This document shows, piece by piece, positions 10,095 through 19,021 of a stretch of DNA of 64,000 bases; position 1 is the first letter of the stretch, and each line of letters opens with the position of its first letter. The translations under genes and the position numbers were made by a program. Origin of the DNA: Acidobacteriota bacterium (GTDB lineage: Bacteria; Acidobacteriota; UBA6911; RPQK01; JAJDTT01); assembly GCA_965263035.1 (NCBI GenBank), contig OZ253580.1, positions 5,248,001-5,312,000 on the forward strand, written 5' to 3'. The notes beneath the pieces are model-generated. The model had not been told where the DNA came from. It saw only the letters and a list, made by a program, of their open reading frames with translations, and made no database searches.

Positions 10095-11081
10095 CTAACT
10101 CTCCTGGGGAGGGGTCTTCAACAGGGAAAGGACCTCGTCCAAGGGAGGGATTCCGGCCCTGGCGCCGACGCGTGTGCAGGAGAGGCTGGCGGCGGCGCCC
10201 GCAAAGAGGAGGCAACGCTCCACGCTCCAGTCCTGGAAGAGACTGTAGATGAACGCACCATGAAAGACGTCGCCGGCCCCGTTGGTATCGATGGGACGAA
10301 CCGGGAATGCCGGGAGCTGGAAAATCCGGTCGTTCCAGATTGCGGCGGTCCCCTTCCGGCCCCGGGTCATGGCCACGAAACCGCGGCTCCGCCGGGCCAG
10401 TTCCCTCAATCCCGACCTCCAGTCCTCATATCCGGTGAAATTCCTGACGAATGCCTCACTCGGGATCAGAAAGTCGGTCAGCCCGACGACCTCCTGGATA
10501 CCCGGTTGGACGTCGTCCACGTCCAGGGATACCTTCATTCCCGCCTCTCTGGCCCAGCGGGCAGCCTGGAGGTTGGCTTGCGGGTCGCAGCCGTCCAGAT
10601 GCAGGAGCCGGCCGGATACGATCCACTCCCGTTTCAGGTCTCCCTCCCCGTAGCGCAGTCTCCGATCCCTGTGCCATAGGACGGTCCTCTCTCCGGTGAG
10701 GCGATCGATCAGGATGATGCCCAACTGGGTGGTTGCATCGGGAACGATGCGGACGCAGGACAGGTCCATTGGCTCCCGTCTCAGGTCCTGCAGCGAAAAA
10801 CGGCCCAGATCGTCGCCTCCCACACTTCCGATGAATCTGGCCTTGAGGCCGTATCGTCCACAGAGCGCGGTGGCAGTGGCCACCGGTCCCCCGCCCAGCT
10901 TCAAGACGTCGTCACACTCCGTGCGGCTGCTATGGGCCGGGTATTGGGGGAGGAGGCACACCCAGTCCACCGCGTCCATCCCCTGACCGATCACGTGGAA
11001 GGACCTGTTGCGGGGCCAACGAATCTCGAACGAGACGCTATCAAGAGGACTGTGGGACGGTTTCGGAGTTGCGCCGGTCAT
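10095..11081 (-). CDS. PfkB family carbohydrate kinase
   Basis: GGGPVATA, FIGSVGGDDLG, IDTNGAGDVFHGAF. Confidence 0.9.
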   Translation of the reverse strand: MTGATPKPSHSPLDSVSFEIRWPRNRSFHVIGQGMDAVDWVCLLPQYPAHSSRTECDDVLKLGGGPVATATALCGRYGLKARFIGSVGGDDLGRFSLQDLRREPMDLSCVRIVPDATTQLGIILIDRLTGERTVLWHRDRRLRYGEGDLKREWIVSGRLLHLDGCDPQANLQAARWAREAGMKVSLDVDDVQPGIQEVVGLTDFLIPSEAFVRNFTGYEDWRSGLRELARRSRGFVAMTRGRKGTAAIWNDRIFQLPAFPVRPIDTNGAGDVFHGAFIYSLFQDWSVERCLLFAGAAASLSCTRVGARAGIPPLDEVLSLLKTPPQES

Positions 11082-11135
11082 CCGGGCGCGTTCCCGGTTA
11101 CGGTGGGCTGCAGGATATTCAAAACGGACTTCCGC

Positions 11136-11879
11136 TCAGAGCAGGCCTTCGTCGGCGAAACTGAAGTACCGGTGGGGACCGATGATAACATGGTCCAGAA
11201 CCCGGATCCCCACCACCTCGCCGGTGGCCACGAGTCGGCGCGTGATCTCACGGTCCTCCCGGCTGGGCGTCGTATCCCCGCTCGGATGGTTGTGAGCCAG
11301 GATGACGCCGGCCGCCGCTTCCTCGATGGCTGGCCGGAAGACTTCCCGGGGGTGGACCAGCGACGAGGTCAGCGTTCCCTCGGAGACTGTCACCAGTTTC
11401 AGGGTGCGGTTCTTCCCATCCAGGAGCAGAGTCCAGAAACATTCCTTGAGAAGTCCCGGGACCGAACCGCGAAAGTGCCGGTACACCTGGGCGCTGTTGA
11501 GTAGGGAATCGCCGGCCGCAAGAGGGACATTCTCCAACCGCTGGAAGAGATGGGCTGCGGCCAGGAGTGCCTGAGTCTGTCTCCGGGTCATGCCGGCTTG
11601 CCGGAGAAGGGAGTAGCTTGCCCGTAGCAGCCGGCGGGTCGAACCCATCAACTCCAGGATTCGGCGGGCCCGTATGAGGGCCTGTTGATCCGAGTCCGTG
11701 GGAGCGAGTACCAACGCCAACAGTTCAACATCCGAAAGTGAATTCCAGCCGAACTCGAAGAGTCGCTGCGCAGGTAGGAGATCGGCGCTTCCATTCATAT
11801 TCACTAACAACGATTCCGCCTGGCGATCGATGGGAAAAGATTTCGTGCGGAAATGCGTTTCACGCGGTTCGCTTTCCAT
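11136..11879 (-). CDS. radC: RadC (JAB domain) family protein
   Basis: LSDVELLAL, VHPREVF, AHNHPSGD.TPSRED, VLDHVIIG; start uncertain. Confidence 0.92.
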   Translation of the reverse strand: MESEPRETHFRTKSFPIDRQAESLLVNMNGSADLLPAQRLFEFGWNSLSDVELLALVLAPTDSDQQALIRARRILELMGSTRRLLRASYSLLRQAGMTRRQTQALLAAAHLFQRLENVPLAAGDSLLNSAQVYRHFRGSVPGLLKECFWTLLLDGKNRTLKLVTVSEGTLTSSLVHPREVFRPAIEEAAAGVILAHNHPSGDTTPSREDREITRRLVATGEVVGIRVLDHVIIGPHRYFSFADEGLL

Positions 11880-12044
11880 GTCTTGTGGTGACTTGTGAGG
11901 GAAGGGGGATGGTGGTATGGTGGTTCCAACCTGAATGACCTGCTCATTCCAAATGGTCTGACCCGAACATCCGAAGGTTTATGGCGAGGTTCGTCTTGGG
12001 GACCGACCGGCGTCCGGCGGAGTTTCACTATTCAAGGAGTCCGA

Positions 12045-12353
12045 ATGAACAAGATTTTCGTTGGCAATCTGAGCTTCAGCATCAGTGAGAGCGCTCTGGA
12101 AATGTTTATCCGCGAGTTCGGGATAGAAGTCGAAGAGATTCGGATCATTCGAGATCGGTATACCGGACGTTCCCGAGGCTTTGGGTTCGTCGAGTTGCGC
12201 GAGAACCAGGATCTGGATGAAGCCATTTCCCAGTTGCACGGAAGGAGCCTGGAAGGGCGCGACCTTCGGGTCGACCGGGCCAACGAGCGCAGCCGAGGGG
12301 ATTCGGCCGGGGGCCGTGGGGACTCCTATGGGGACCGGCCGCGACGGTACTAA
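12045..12353 (+). CDS. RRM RNA-binding protein with Gly/Arg-rich tail
   Basis: AGGAG RBS; KIFVGNLS (RNP2) and RGFGFVE (RNP1). Confidence 0.93.
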   Translation: MNKIFVGNLSFSISESALEMFIREFGIEVEEIRIIRDRYTGRSRGFGFVELRENQDLDEAISQLHGRSLEGRDLRVDRANERSRGDSAGGRGDSYGDRPRRY

Positions 12354-12394
12354 TAAGATTCCGAGGTGAACTTCACCCCGATGCTCTTCCCGCC

Positions 12395-13024
12395 TCAGGT
12401 TTTTTTCAGGCTCACCGATACTCCGTCCCGAATCGGAATCACGGTGGAGAAATACTCTTCGTTCTCGAAAATCAACCGCGTGTATTCCTGAATTCCCCGG
12501 ACGTTTTCGTCAGCGCCAGGTTCAAGAACCCGTCCTTGAACCAGGAGATTGTCGGAGATCAGTAATCCGCCCGGCCTCAACAAATTCGAGGCTCGAGCGA
12601 GCACCTGCGGATACCGCGCCTTGTCCACGTCATTGAAGATGAGGTCGAACGGCCCAGTGACCTGTCCCAAGGTCCGGAGGGCATCCCCCTCTCGAAACCG
12701 GGTGCGGCAGGAGATCCCTCCCCGCTTGAAGTAACTCTCGGCGTCCCGAAGATTCCGGGACGAGAAATCGGTCAGGGTGAGCTCGCCGCCAGGGCCCACG
12801 GCGGAGCCGAACCAGTAGCCGGAATATCCGAATCCCGAACCCAACTCCAGAATGCGTTTCGCTCCGCTGATCAGGGCAAGCTGAAACAGCAGACGCCCCA
12901 CCAGAGGGCCGACGATGGGGAAGGATTCAGCCGCGGCCCGAGACTCCATTGCTGTGAGGATCGAGTCTCGCGGGGGACAAGCCTGGAGCAAATACGCGTC
13001 AATGTCCGCCAAAAGCATGTTCAT
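12395..13024 (-). CDS. class I SAM-dependent O-methyltransferase
   Basis: ILELGSGFGYSG, FDLIFNDVDK..YP, LRPGGLLISDN. Confidence 0.9.
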   Translation of the reverse strand: MNMLLADIDAYLLQACPPRDSILTAMESRAAAESFPIVGPLVGRLLFQLALISGAKRILELGSGFGYSGYWFGSAVGPGGELTLTDFSSRNLRDAESYFKRGGISCRTRFREGDALRTLGQVTGPFDLIFNDVDKARYPQVLARASNLLRPGGLLISDNLLVQGRVLEPGADENVRGIQEYTRLIFENEEYFSTVIPIRDGVSVSLKKT

Positions 13025-13136
13025 CGGGATATGTTGGCATCTGGATGCGGTGTGGACAACCGTGGGATCTGAGGAGCCTACACACCGTTGGCGGTCCGGC
13101 GAAGTCGTCCGGGAGATAGGGGAGAGTGCGGACCAG

Positions 13137-13177
13137 GAGTCTGCGCGGTAGTAGATCAATTTCTGCGGCGCAGGCTC
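13137..13177 (-). mobile_element. MITE family B, internally deleted copy (41 bp)
   Basis: Both ends of the 159-bp element joined (GAGTCTGCGCGGTAG / TAGATCAATTTCTGCGGCGCAGGCTC); flanks CCAG and CTAG. Confidence 0.85.
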
Positions 13178-13181
13178 CTAG

Positions 13182-13291
13182 GAGGCTGCGCCGAGAACTC
13201 GAAAATTCACGATCCCGAAAAACCTATCTCCTTATAAATCAATAACTTAAATCTGTAGATTTGGACGAAAATCGCATTCTCGGACAGCCTC
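13182..13291. mobile_element. MITE family C, copy 1 (110 bp, AT-rich core)
   Basis: GAGGCTG..CCGAGAA / TTCTCGGACAGCCTC termini; CTAG on both sides; homologous to 37223-37331. Confidence 0.88.
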
Positions 13292-15055
13292 CTAGGGAGG
13301 CGAGCCGGTGGATGGTCCCGGGAGGTCCATGGCTGAGGCCACCGGTGAAAAGATGGGATCATCCTCTCGCCAAGGGTGCCGACAGGGTTGCCGGCGTTGG
13401 TAAAGCGCGAGATTCTCCGCCAGGAGTCGCGCCAGGTCGAAGCGCCGATTCTGCTGCAGATCGGAAATCATGGCCCGTTGCATCTGGGCAGCCCGTTCAA
13501 ACTGACCCGTTTCGGCTAATGCCATCGCCAGAGTTTCGACATATTCCAGTTCCAGCTCGCCCTGGCCCTCAAATAAGCCTTTAAGGAGCTGCAAAGCTTT
13601 CATTCCGTTTCGGATCTTGTGCTCGGGCGAAGCGGCCAGCAACCGGGCCACGGCGTGCGTCATGTCGGCGTGACCTGGAAAAACCTGCAGCCCCTTCTCC
13701 AATATGGCCAGCGCCTCCTCATGTCGGCTCAGTTGGACCAGAGCCATCGCCCGCATGAAACGTGCCAGGACACCCATTTGTCGGATCTGCCCGCCCGTGT
13801 GGCTACCGGCCGGGGTGCGGCTACCGAAGCCGGAATCGAGTTCCATAACGGCCGTGTAGTGGGGAATGGCGTCGTCGTAACGCCGCAGACGCATGAGAAG
13901 ATTGGCCAACTGAAAGTGCGCCTCCATAAACCCGGGGTTGGCGCCAATGGCGCGCTGATAGTGTTTGGCCGCTTCCTCTTCGGACTGCAAACCCATCAAC
14001 GTGGTTCCCAGGTAGTAATGCAGCATGGGATTGCCGGGCGAGGCTCGCAACGCTTGAGCGTATTCCCGGACCGCCCCTTTCAGGTCCCCCATTCGGGCCA
14101 GTGCCGAACCCAGATCGGTCAGCGGAATCGGGTTCTTGGGATCCAGAGCCACCGCGGTGCGATATTCCTTGACGGCCTCGGCAAAACGTCCTTTTCCGAA
14201 AGCCCGCATTCCGCGGACCCAGTGGTGGCGCCAACCAGTGGTCAACTCATCCAGGGCCTCCATCAGGGGATCGGGATAACCTGCCGTGGCGTGGCCACGG
14301 CGGAGCCGCTCCAGCATGGCGACCCGTTGGAAGTGAGTCTGGGCTTGATCGAGTTCTCCCTGTTTTCGATAACTCATGGCCAATAGGTAGTGGATGTTAT
14401 TGACATCCGGTTGCAGCGCGAGAGCGGCTTCGAAGTAACGAATCGCTTCCCTCGTATCGCGCCTTGAGGAAGCAATTTTCCCCATCCCCACCAGGGCCGG
14501 CGCACAGGCTTCGTCCAGTGCCAGGGCCCGCTCAAACAAAGGCTGAGCCCGGGCATGCCGGTTCAGGCTGAGGTGGCCCTCGGCCGCGCCCAGAATGGCC
14601 GGCACGTTGTCGGGTTGGTGATCCAAAGCTCGCTGGTAAGCGGCGATGGACTGCTCGAGATCACCTTTATTCTTGTAGATGTGGCCCAGATAATAGGACC
14701 AGCGAAAGTCTGTCGGTGCCAGTGATTGTGCGTTGAGATAACACGTCTCGGCCGCTCCCAGAAAATCCTGGACGTGGTAGAGCTTACCCATCTGGCCGTG
14801 GGCCCGCGAGAGTTCCTCCCTGCTGACCTCTCCTGCTTTCGCCATTGATTCCAGCTCTGCCCGGGTGTCTCTTATTCGTTGCTGGGCGGCGGGCTCCAGC
14901 CGGCTCAAGTCCGGATGGGGAATCGGCCGGAGTGGATCACTCGAGTGGGGAACGGACGCGGATACTCCAACGGCCGCGGTGGGTAGGACGCCGAGCCCAA
15001 GGAGAAACAGGGCGCCGACGCGAAATCTGTTGAGGCGCGTCGGCGGATCACTCAT
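13292..15055 (-). CDS. secreted tetratricopeptide repeat protein
   Basis: Signal peptide and many TPRs; paralog of 33230..34957 (PIPHPDL, DFRW.Y, YPDPLM, PWR.DDP). Confidence 0.88.
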   Translation of the reverse strand: MSDPPTRLNRFRVGALFLLGLGVLPTAAVGVSASVPHSSDPLRPIPHPDLSRLEPAAQQRIRDTRAELESMAKAGEVSREELSRAHGQMGKLYHVQDFLGAAETCYLNAQSLAPTDFRWSYYLGHIYKNKGDLEQSIAAYQRALDHQPDNVPAILGAAEGHLSLNRHARAQPLFERALALDEACAPALVGMGKIASSRRDTREAIRYFEAALALQPDVNNIHYLLAMSYRKQGELDQAQTHFQRVAMLERLRRGHATAGYPDPLMEALDELTTGWRHHWVRGMRAFGKGRFAEAVKEYRTAVALDPKNPIPLTDLGSALARMGDLKGAVREYAQALRASPGNPMLHYYLGTTLMGLQSEEEAAKHYQRAIGANPGFMEAHFQLANLLMRLRRYDDAIPHYTAVMELDSGFGSRTPAGSHTGGQIRQMGVLARFMRAMALVQLSRHEEALAILEKGLQVFPGHADMTHAVARLLAASPEHKIRNGMKALQLLKGLFEGQGELELEYVETLAMALAETGQFERAAQMQRAMISDLQQNRRFDLARLLAENLALYQRRQPCRHPWREDDPIFSPVASAMDLPGPSTGSPP

Positions 15056-16916
15056 TCCCGCTGACCATCCGGCCGCTGCCCGCCCGAAGTGTCGTATAGC
15101 GGTTCACGGGGAGATCGATCCACTCTTCCACACCGCCGCCGGGCCAGGAGACACGGACGGCTGCTACCCGGTTCCCGTTTCCCAGCCCGACCAACACCCG
15201 GGGATCGTTGGCGGAACCGTAGCTGCCGTCGGTTCTCACACGCCGTAGCAGGGTGAGACCGTCAGGGGAGACGACTTCCACTCGGGCTCCCAACATGTCT
15301 CGCGGGATGTCTCTCCCCAACAGTCTCAAGCCTAACCAATGACGGCGTTGCCCCACGTTGTTGATGAGCAGCCGGGCCGGGCCGTTGTTGTTGACGATCA
15401 GCACGTCCACGTCGCCATCGTTGTCGACGTCCCCAAAAGCGCCGCCGCGGCTAACCTCAGAGAGCTTGAATGCGGCACCACCCCGTACCGTGACCTCCTC
15501 GAAACGTCCGTTTCCCAGGTTGTGGAAGAGCTGGTTGGGCTGATGCAAAGGATAGGGATCTCCCAGTTTTTCCAGGGCCTCGATGGTCGCCACTTCCCCG
15601 TGCAAGGCCAGAATGTCCAGCCAGCCGTCGTTGTCGTAGTCCAGGAAGGCGGTCCCGAACCCGGTGTAAGGCATGCTCGCGACGCCCAATTCGGTCTCGA
15701 AGGTCTGGTCTTCAAACCATCCCTGGCCATTGTTGAGGTAGAGCGTATTGGTTTCCCGGATCAGGTGGGTAATGAAGAGATCTTCGTCGCCATCGTTGTC
15801 CAGGTCTCCGGCGTCGACTCCCATGCTGGCCTCGGTCTTCCCGTCCCGGTTCAGGGCGCAACCGGCCACCAACGCTTCTTCCCGGTAGCTGCCGTTTCTC
15901 TGGTTGATCCACAAGTGATTGGGACGTTGATCGTTGGCGACATAGAAATCGATCCAGCCATCTCCATTGAAGTCGGCGCTCACGACGCCCAGCGCGCCGC
16001 CGTGCCTGGTAGCTATCCCGCTTTGGGAGGAAACGTCCTGGAAGCTTCCATCCCCCCGATTGCGATAGAAGCGGTTGGACTGGGCCGGGTAACTGCGGGG
16101 TCCACAGTAGTCTATGGCCCCCGTACTGGAGTAGCATTTCTTGGGATTGGACAGGTCGTAGTCCACGTAGTTGCCCACGAAAAGGTCCAGCCAACCATCC
16201 CGGTCGTAATCCAGAAAGGAGGCACTCACGCTCCACTCATTATCGGCGTCGTCACCCATGGGGGTCTGGGTGAAGGTGCCGTTGCCGTTATTGCGATACA
16301 TTCGGTTCTTGCCGAAGTTGGTGACGTAAAGGTCGATCCAGCCATCGTTGTCGATGTCCCCCGCAGCCGCCCCCATTCCGTAGCCGGGCGAGACGATTCC
16401 GCTCTGCGCAGTCACATCGGTAAAGCGCAAGTTGGGCGTCCCGTCCGCGTTCAACTTCAGATCGTTTCGAAAGAGCCGATCACGGAGTGGTGGCTTTTCC
16501 GGCGGCGGAAAGAGGGCGTCGTCCAGTGTCTTGTCCGGTCCCAGCATCTGGCCTTGCACCAGGTAGACGTCCAGGTCGCCGTCGTTGTCGTAGTCAAGGA
16601 GGGCGCCCCCCGGGCCCATCATTTCGCAAAAATAATATTCCCCCGACATTCCATTGAAGTGACGGAAGTCGATTCCGGCAGCCTGGGCGGCGTCCACGAA
16701 CAAGTCGGTGCCGGCGTCCCCAGTCTTGGATGGGTGCACCCACGAAGTGCAGAATCCCAAGGTCGTGACACCGATCAGCAGGATCAGCCGGTTGAGTTGG
16801 AGTATGGGATGAGCGGAGGATGCGTTGTGAGTCGTGATCTCGGCAGTCCGTGGTGAAAGTCCGCGAGCACCGAGCCCGGTCCTGCGCCCGCCGGACCAGG
16901 CGCGATGAGGGAGCAT
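15048..16916 (-). CDS. CRTAC1 family protein (FG-GAP repeats plus ASPIC/UnbV)
   Basis: Repeated DxDxDG motifs; C-terminal GARVEV...RVRTDGSYGSANDPRVLVGLG. The nearest in-frame ATG upstream of the signal segment lies inside MITE-A. Confidence 0.88.
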   Translation of the reverse strand: MLPHRAWSGGRRTGLGARGLSPRTAEITTHNASSAHPILQLNRLILLIGVTTLGFCTSWVHPSKTGDAGTDLFVDAAQAAGIDFRHFNGMSGEYYFCEMMGPGGALLDYDNDGDLDVYLVQGQMLGPDKTLDDALFPPPEKPPLRDRLFRNDLKLNADGTPNLRFTDVTAQSGIVSPGYGMGAAAGDIDNDGWIDLYVTNFGKNRMYRNNGNGTFTQTPMGDDADNEWSVSASFLDYDRDGWLDLFVGNYVDYDLSNPKKCYSSTGAIDYCGPRSYPAQSNRFYRNRGDGSFQDVSSQSGIATRHGGALGVVSADFNGDGWIDFYVANDQRPNHLWINQRNGSYREEALVAGCALNRDGKTEASMGVDAGDLDNDGDEDLFITHLIRETNTLYLNNGQGWFEDQTFETELGVASMPYTGFGTAFLDYDNDGWLDILALHGEVATIEALEKLGDPYPLHQPNQLFHNLGNGRFEEVTVRGGAAFKLSEVSRGGAFGDVDNDGDVDVLIVNNNGPARLLINNVGQRRHWLGLRLLGRDIPRDMLGARVEVVSPDGLTLLRRVRTDGSYGSANDPRVLVGLGNGNRVAAVRVSWPGGGVEEWIDLPVNRYTTLRAGSGRMVSGNE

Positions 16917-17001
16917 ACCGGGAGTATGTGAGCCGATAGCAACGCAGTCCGCGCACGATGCCGGGCCGGTCGAATGCCGTGACGACTTTTGCCACGGGAT
17001 G
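16844..17001 (-). mobile_element. MITE family A, copy 2
   Basis: Homologous to the other A copies; CTAG on the right (shared with MITE-B) but TCGG on the left. Confidence 0.88.
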
Positions 17002-17005
17002 CTAG

Positions 17006-17164
17006 GAGCCTGCGCCGCAGAAATTGATCTACTGCGAAAGCGGTAGAATCGGTCCATATTTCCTCGATTTCTCGGCGAATAGAACAACTATGCACCTCAA
17101 AATCGAGAAAATCCGACCTCGATTCCCCACTTTCTCGCTACGATCATTTCTACCGCGCAGACTC
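17006..17164 (+). mobile_element. MITE family B, full copy (159 bp)
   Basis: Termini GAGCCTGCGCCGCAGAAAT / ATTTCTACCGCGCAGACTC; CTAG on both sides; inverted homolog at 36964-37122. Confidence 0.9.
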
Positions 17165-18814
17165 CTAGCCACCCTTGACTCGGAAGCTGTCTCCGACCTG
17201 AGTCCTGGTATCGTTGAGCTGATCCCAGGCTTCGACTTCCATCCGGTAGGTTCCGGGTTCCAGACCCCTCAGGTGAAACCCCTTGACCAGCACCAGTCTC
17301 TCCGGCGAGGAAAACTGAACCGACTCCCCGTTGTTGTCGGTGGTTTCGTGAATGAGGTCGCCGCCGCGGCTGATTCGGTAACGCACCTGCAAATTGGGAG
17401 CATTGGAGGATTGATCCAAACCGAAATTGTACAAGTGCAGGTAAACTGCCAGAAGAGACTTCGCGGAAAAGCTCTTGTCCATGCTGGGCCGTATCTTGAC
17501 GTCTCCCAAAACGAACATCTGGTTGTCTTCAGGCACCACGTCCAGCTTGCGGATGAAGTCGGAAAGAATGAGCGAACTGTTGCTTAGTTTCTCTCCTTCC
17601 TTCAAGCTCGGCGGAGGAATAATGGCTTGTTTGACGGCGCCGATGTTGCCGCTTCCGATGTCCTTCACGACCAGATCGAGTTTATAGCGGGTCTTGTTGT
17701 CCAGAATCAGGACTTTCTGGTACATCGATCGTCCCCGCAAACTTCTCTCCAGCACCTCCGGATTGTAGGAGATCACCAATTCATCTTCGAATTCCTGGAT
17801 CAGCTGATTGTCCAGGCTGGTGACGGCGCCATAGAGACCGATTCGAGCTGTATGCACATTTCCCTTGCGTTTGAAGGTCATGTCCTTGTTCTGGAGCTGC
17901 AGGGTGACGGGAACCAGAATCTTCTGCCGGTTGAGCCTGAAGTAGTCGCTTCGAGCCTGGAAAACGAGGTTCGAATAGCCGATGTTGACCTTCACCAACT
18001 CCCTCAGATCGTTGTACTTGATCTCCTTCGGGGCTTGTACCTTGGAAAAAATTTCGTAGCGGTAGAAGGGATTGTTTCGGAAACTGCCGGTGTTGTAGGC
18101 AGGGTTGTGCCGTCCCGGAGAAAAATAAGGGCGATCCTCTTTTCTGGTGAGACCCACCTGCTCGGCCCAGGTCAAGCCCGCTCCCGGCATGTGCAGCAGC
18201 GCATCCTTTTCTTCCGGATTGAGAGCCAGGTGGTAGTCCCCCGTGAAGGAGTCGTCCACGAATTCCAATTCGATGTCGTCTCCAATGCCGTCCAGGTGCC
18301 GATAGCGCCACCTTTCGAATGGATAGACGGTGGTCTCACCACCACCCTGTTCGAATTCACGGTCGTAGAAACTTCCTGCGGCATAGGACTCTATTTCGGC
18401 CGGTTCACCGTGAATGATGTAAATTCTGCCCCGATCCGAGCGCCATCCCTCTTTGCCGGAGTGGAAGCGCTCGTTGGCATAGGCAATCCGCCGATAGTGT
18501 TCTTCCTTGAACTCGTTGATCACCGTCCGGGGATCAGGGTCTCGCCGGCGCCAGAACTGTTCGATGAAGCGTTCCTTTTCGTCCTCCGTGGTCAGGCTTG
18601 CAAAAACAGACTTCTCCTCGTCCGCAATAATGTAGACGGCATCCCGTTCCAGCCAGTTTTTGAAATAGTCCTCACTTTCCTCACGTCGAACGTCGGGATC
18701 TACTTTTTTCTTTTCCGCCATCGCAGAAAAGGAAAGCCCCAGCGACAGAAGCATCAAAAAGGGAAGGAATAGATGGTGCACGGTTCTGACCCTTTGTTCC
18801 AATGGATATCTCAT
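17165..18814 (-). CDS. GWxTD domain-containing protein
   Basis: FIEQFWRRRDPDP...HYRRIAYANERF...GWRSDRGRIYIIHGEP; signal peptide. Confidence 0.92.
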   Translation of the reverse strand: MRYPLEQRVRTVHHLFLPFLMLLSLGLSFSAMAEKKKVDPDVRREESEDYFKNWLERDAVYIIADEEKSVFASLTTEDEKERFIEQFWRRRDPDPRTVINEFKEEHYRRIAYANERFHSGKEGWRSDRGRIYIIHGEPAEIESYAAGSFYDREFEQGGGETTVYPFERWRYRHLDGIGDDIELEFVDDSFTGDYHLALNPEEKDALLHMPGAGLTWAEQVGLTRKEDRPYFSPGRHNPAYNTGSFRNNPFYRYEIFSKVQAPKEIKYNDLRELVKVNIGYSNLVFQARSDYFRLNRQKILVPVTLQLQNKDMTFKRKGNVHTARIGLYGAVTSLDNQLIQEFEDELVISYNPEVLERSLRGRSMYQKVLILDNKTRYKLDLVVKDIGSGNIGAVKQAIIPPPSLKEGEKLSNSSLILSDFIRKLDVVPEDNQMFVLGDVKIRPSMDKSFSAKSLLAVYLHLYNFGLDQSSNAPNLQVRYRISRGGDLIHETTDNNGESVQFSSPERLVLVKGFHLRGLEPGTYRMEVEAWDQLNDTRTQVGDSFRVKGG

Positions 18815-19021
18815 TGAGTCTCGCCCGGTGCAATCTAGTTTAGGCAAGATCCGGTTGGGGATCAACGATACGAATCGACATGCATCGTCCACGATGACGT
18901 CGCCCCGACTTGACCGGCTTGTTCGTCAGGTCGCAGGATGGGCTCAGTGGCAGCAATCGTCAGCCAGATAGAGGCAAACTGCGCTGTCGGAAATCCCTGT
19001 GGCCTGAATGGGGGTAAGACG

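Noticed and set aside
11136-11879. radC as a mobile-element marker
   Set aside because: Full-length chromosomal type, with no mobile genes adjacent
13780-13835. Short insertion with a duplicated GGCTACCG in the TPR gene
   Set aside because: In-frame loop insertion with no further evidence of function
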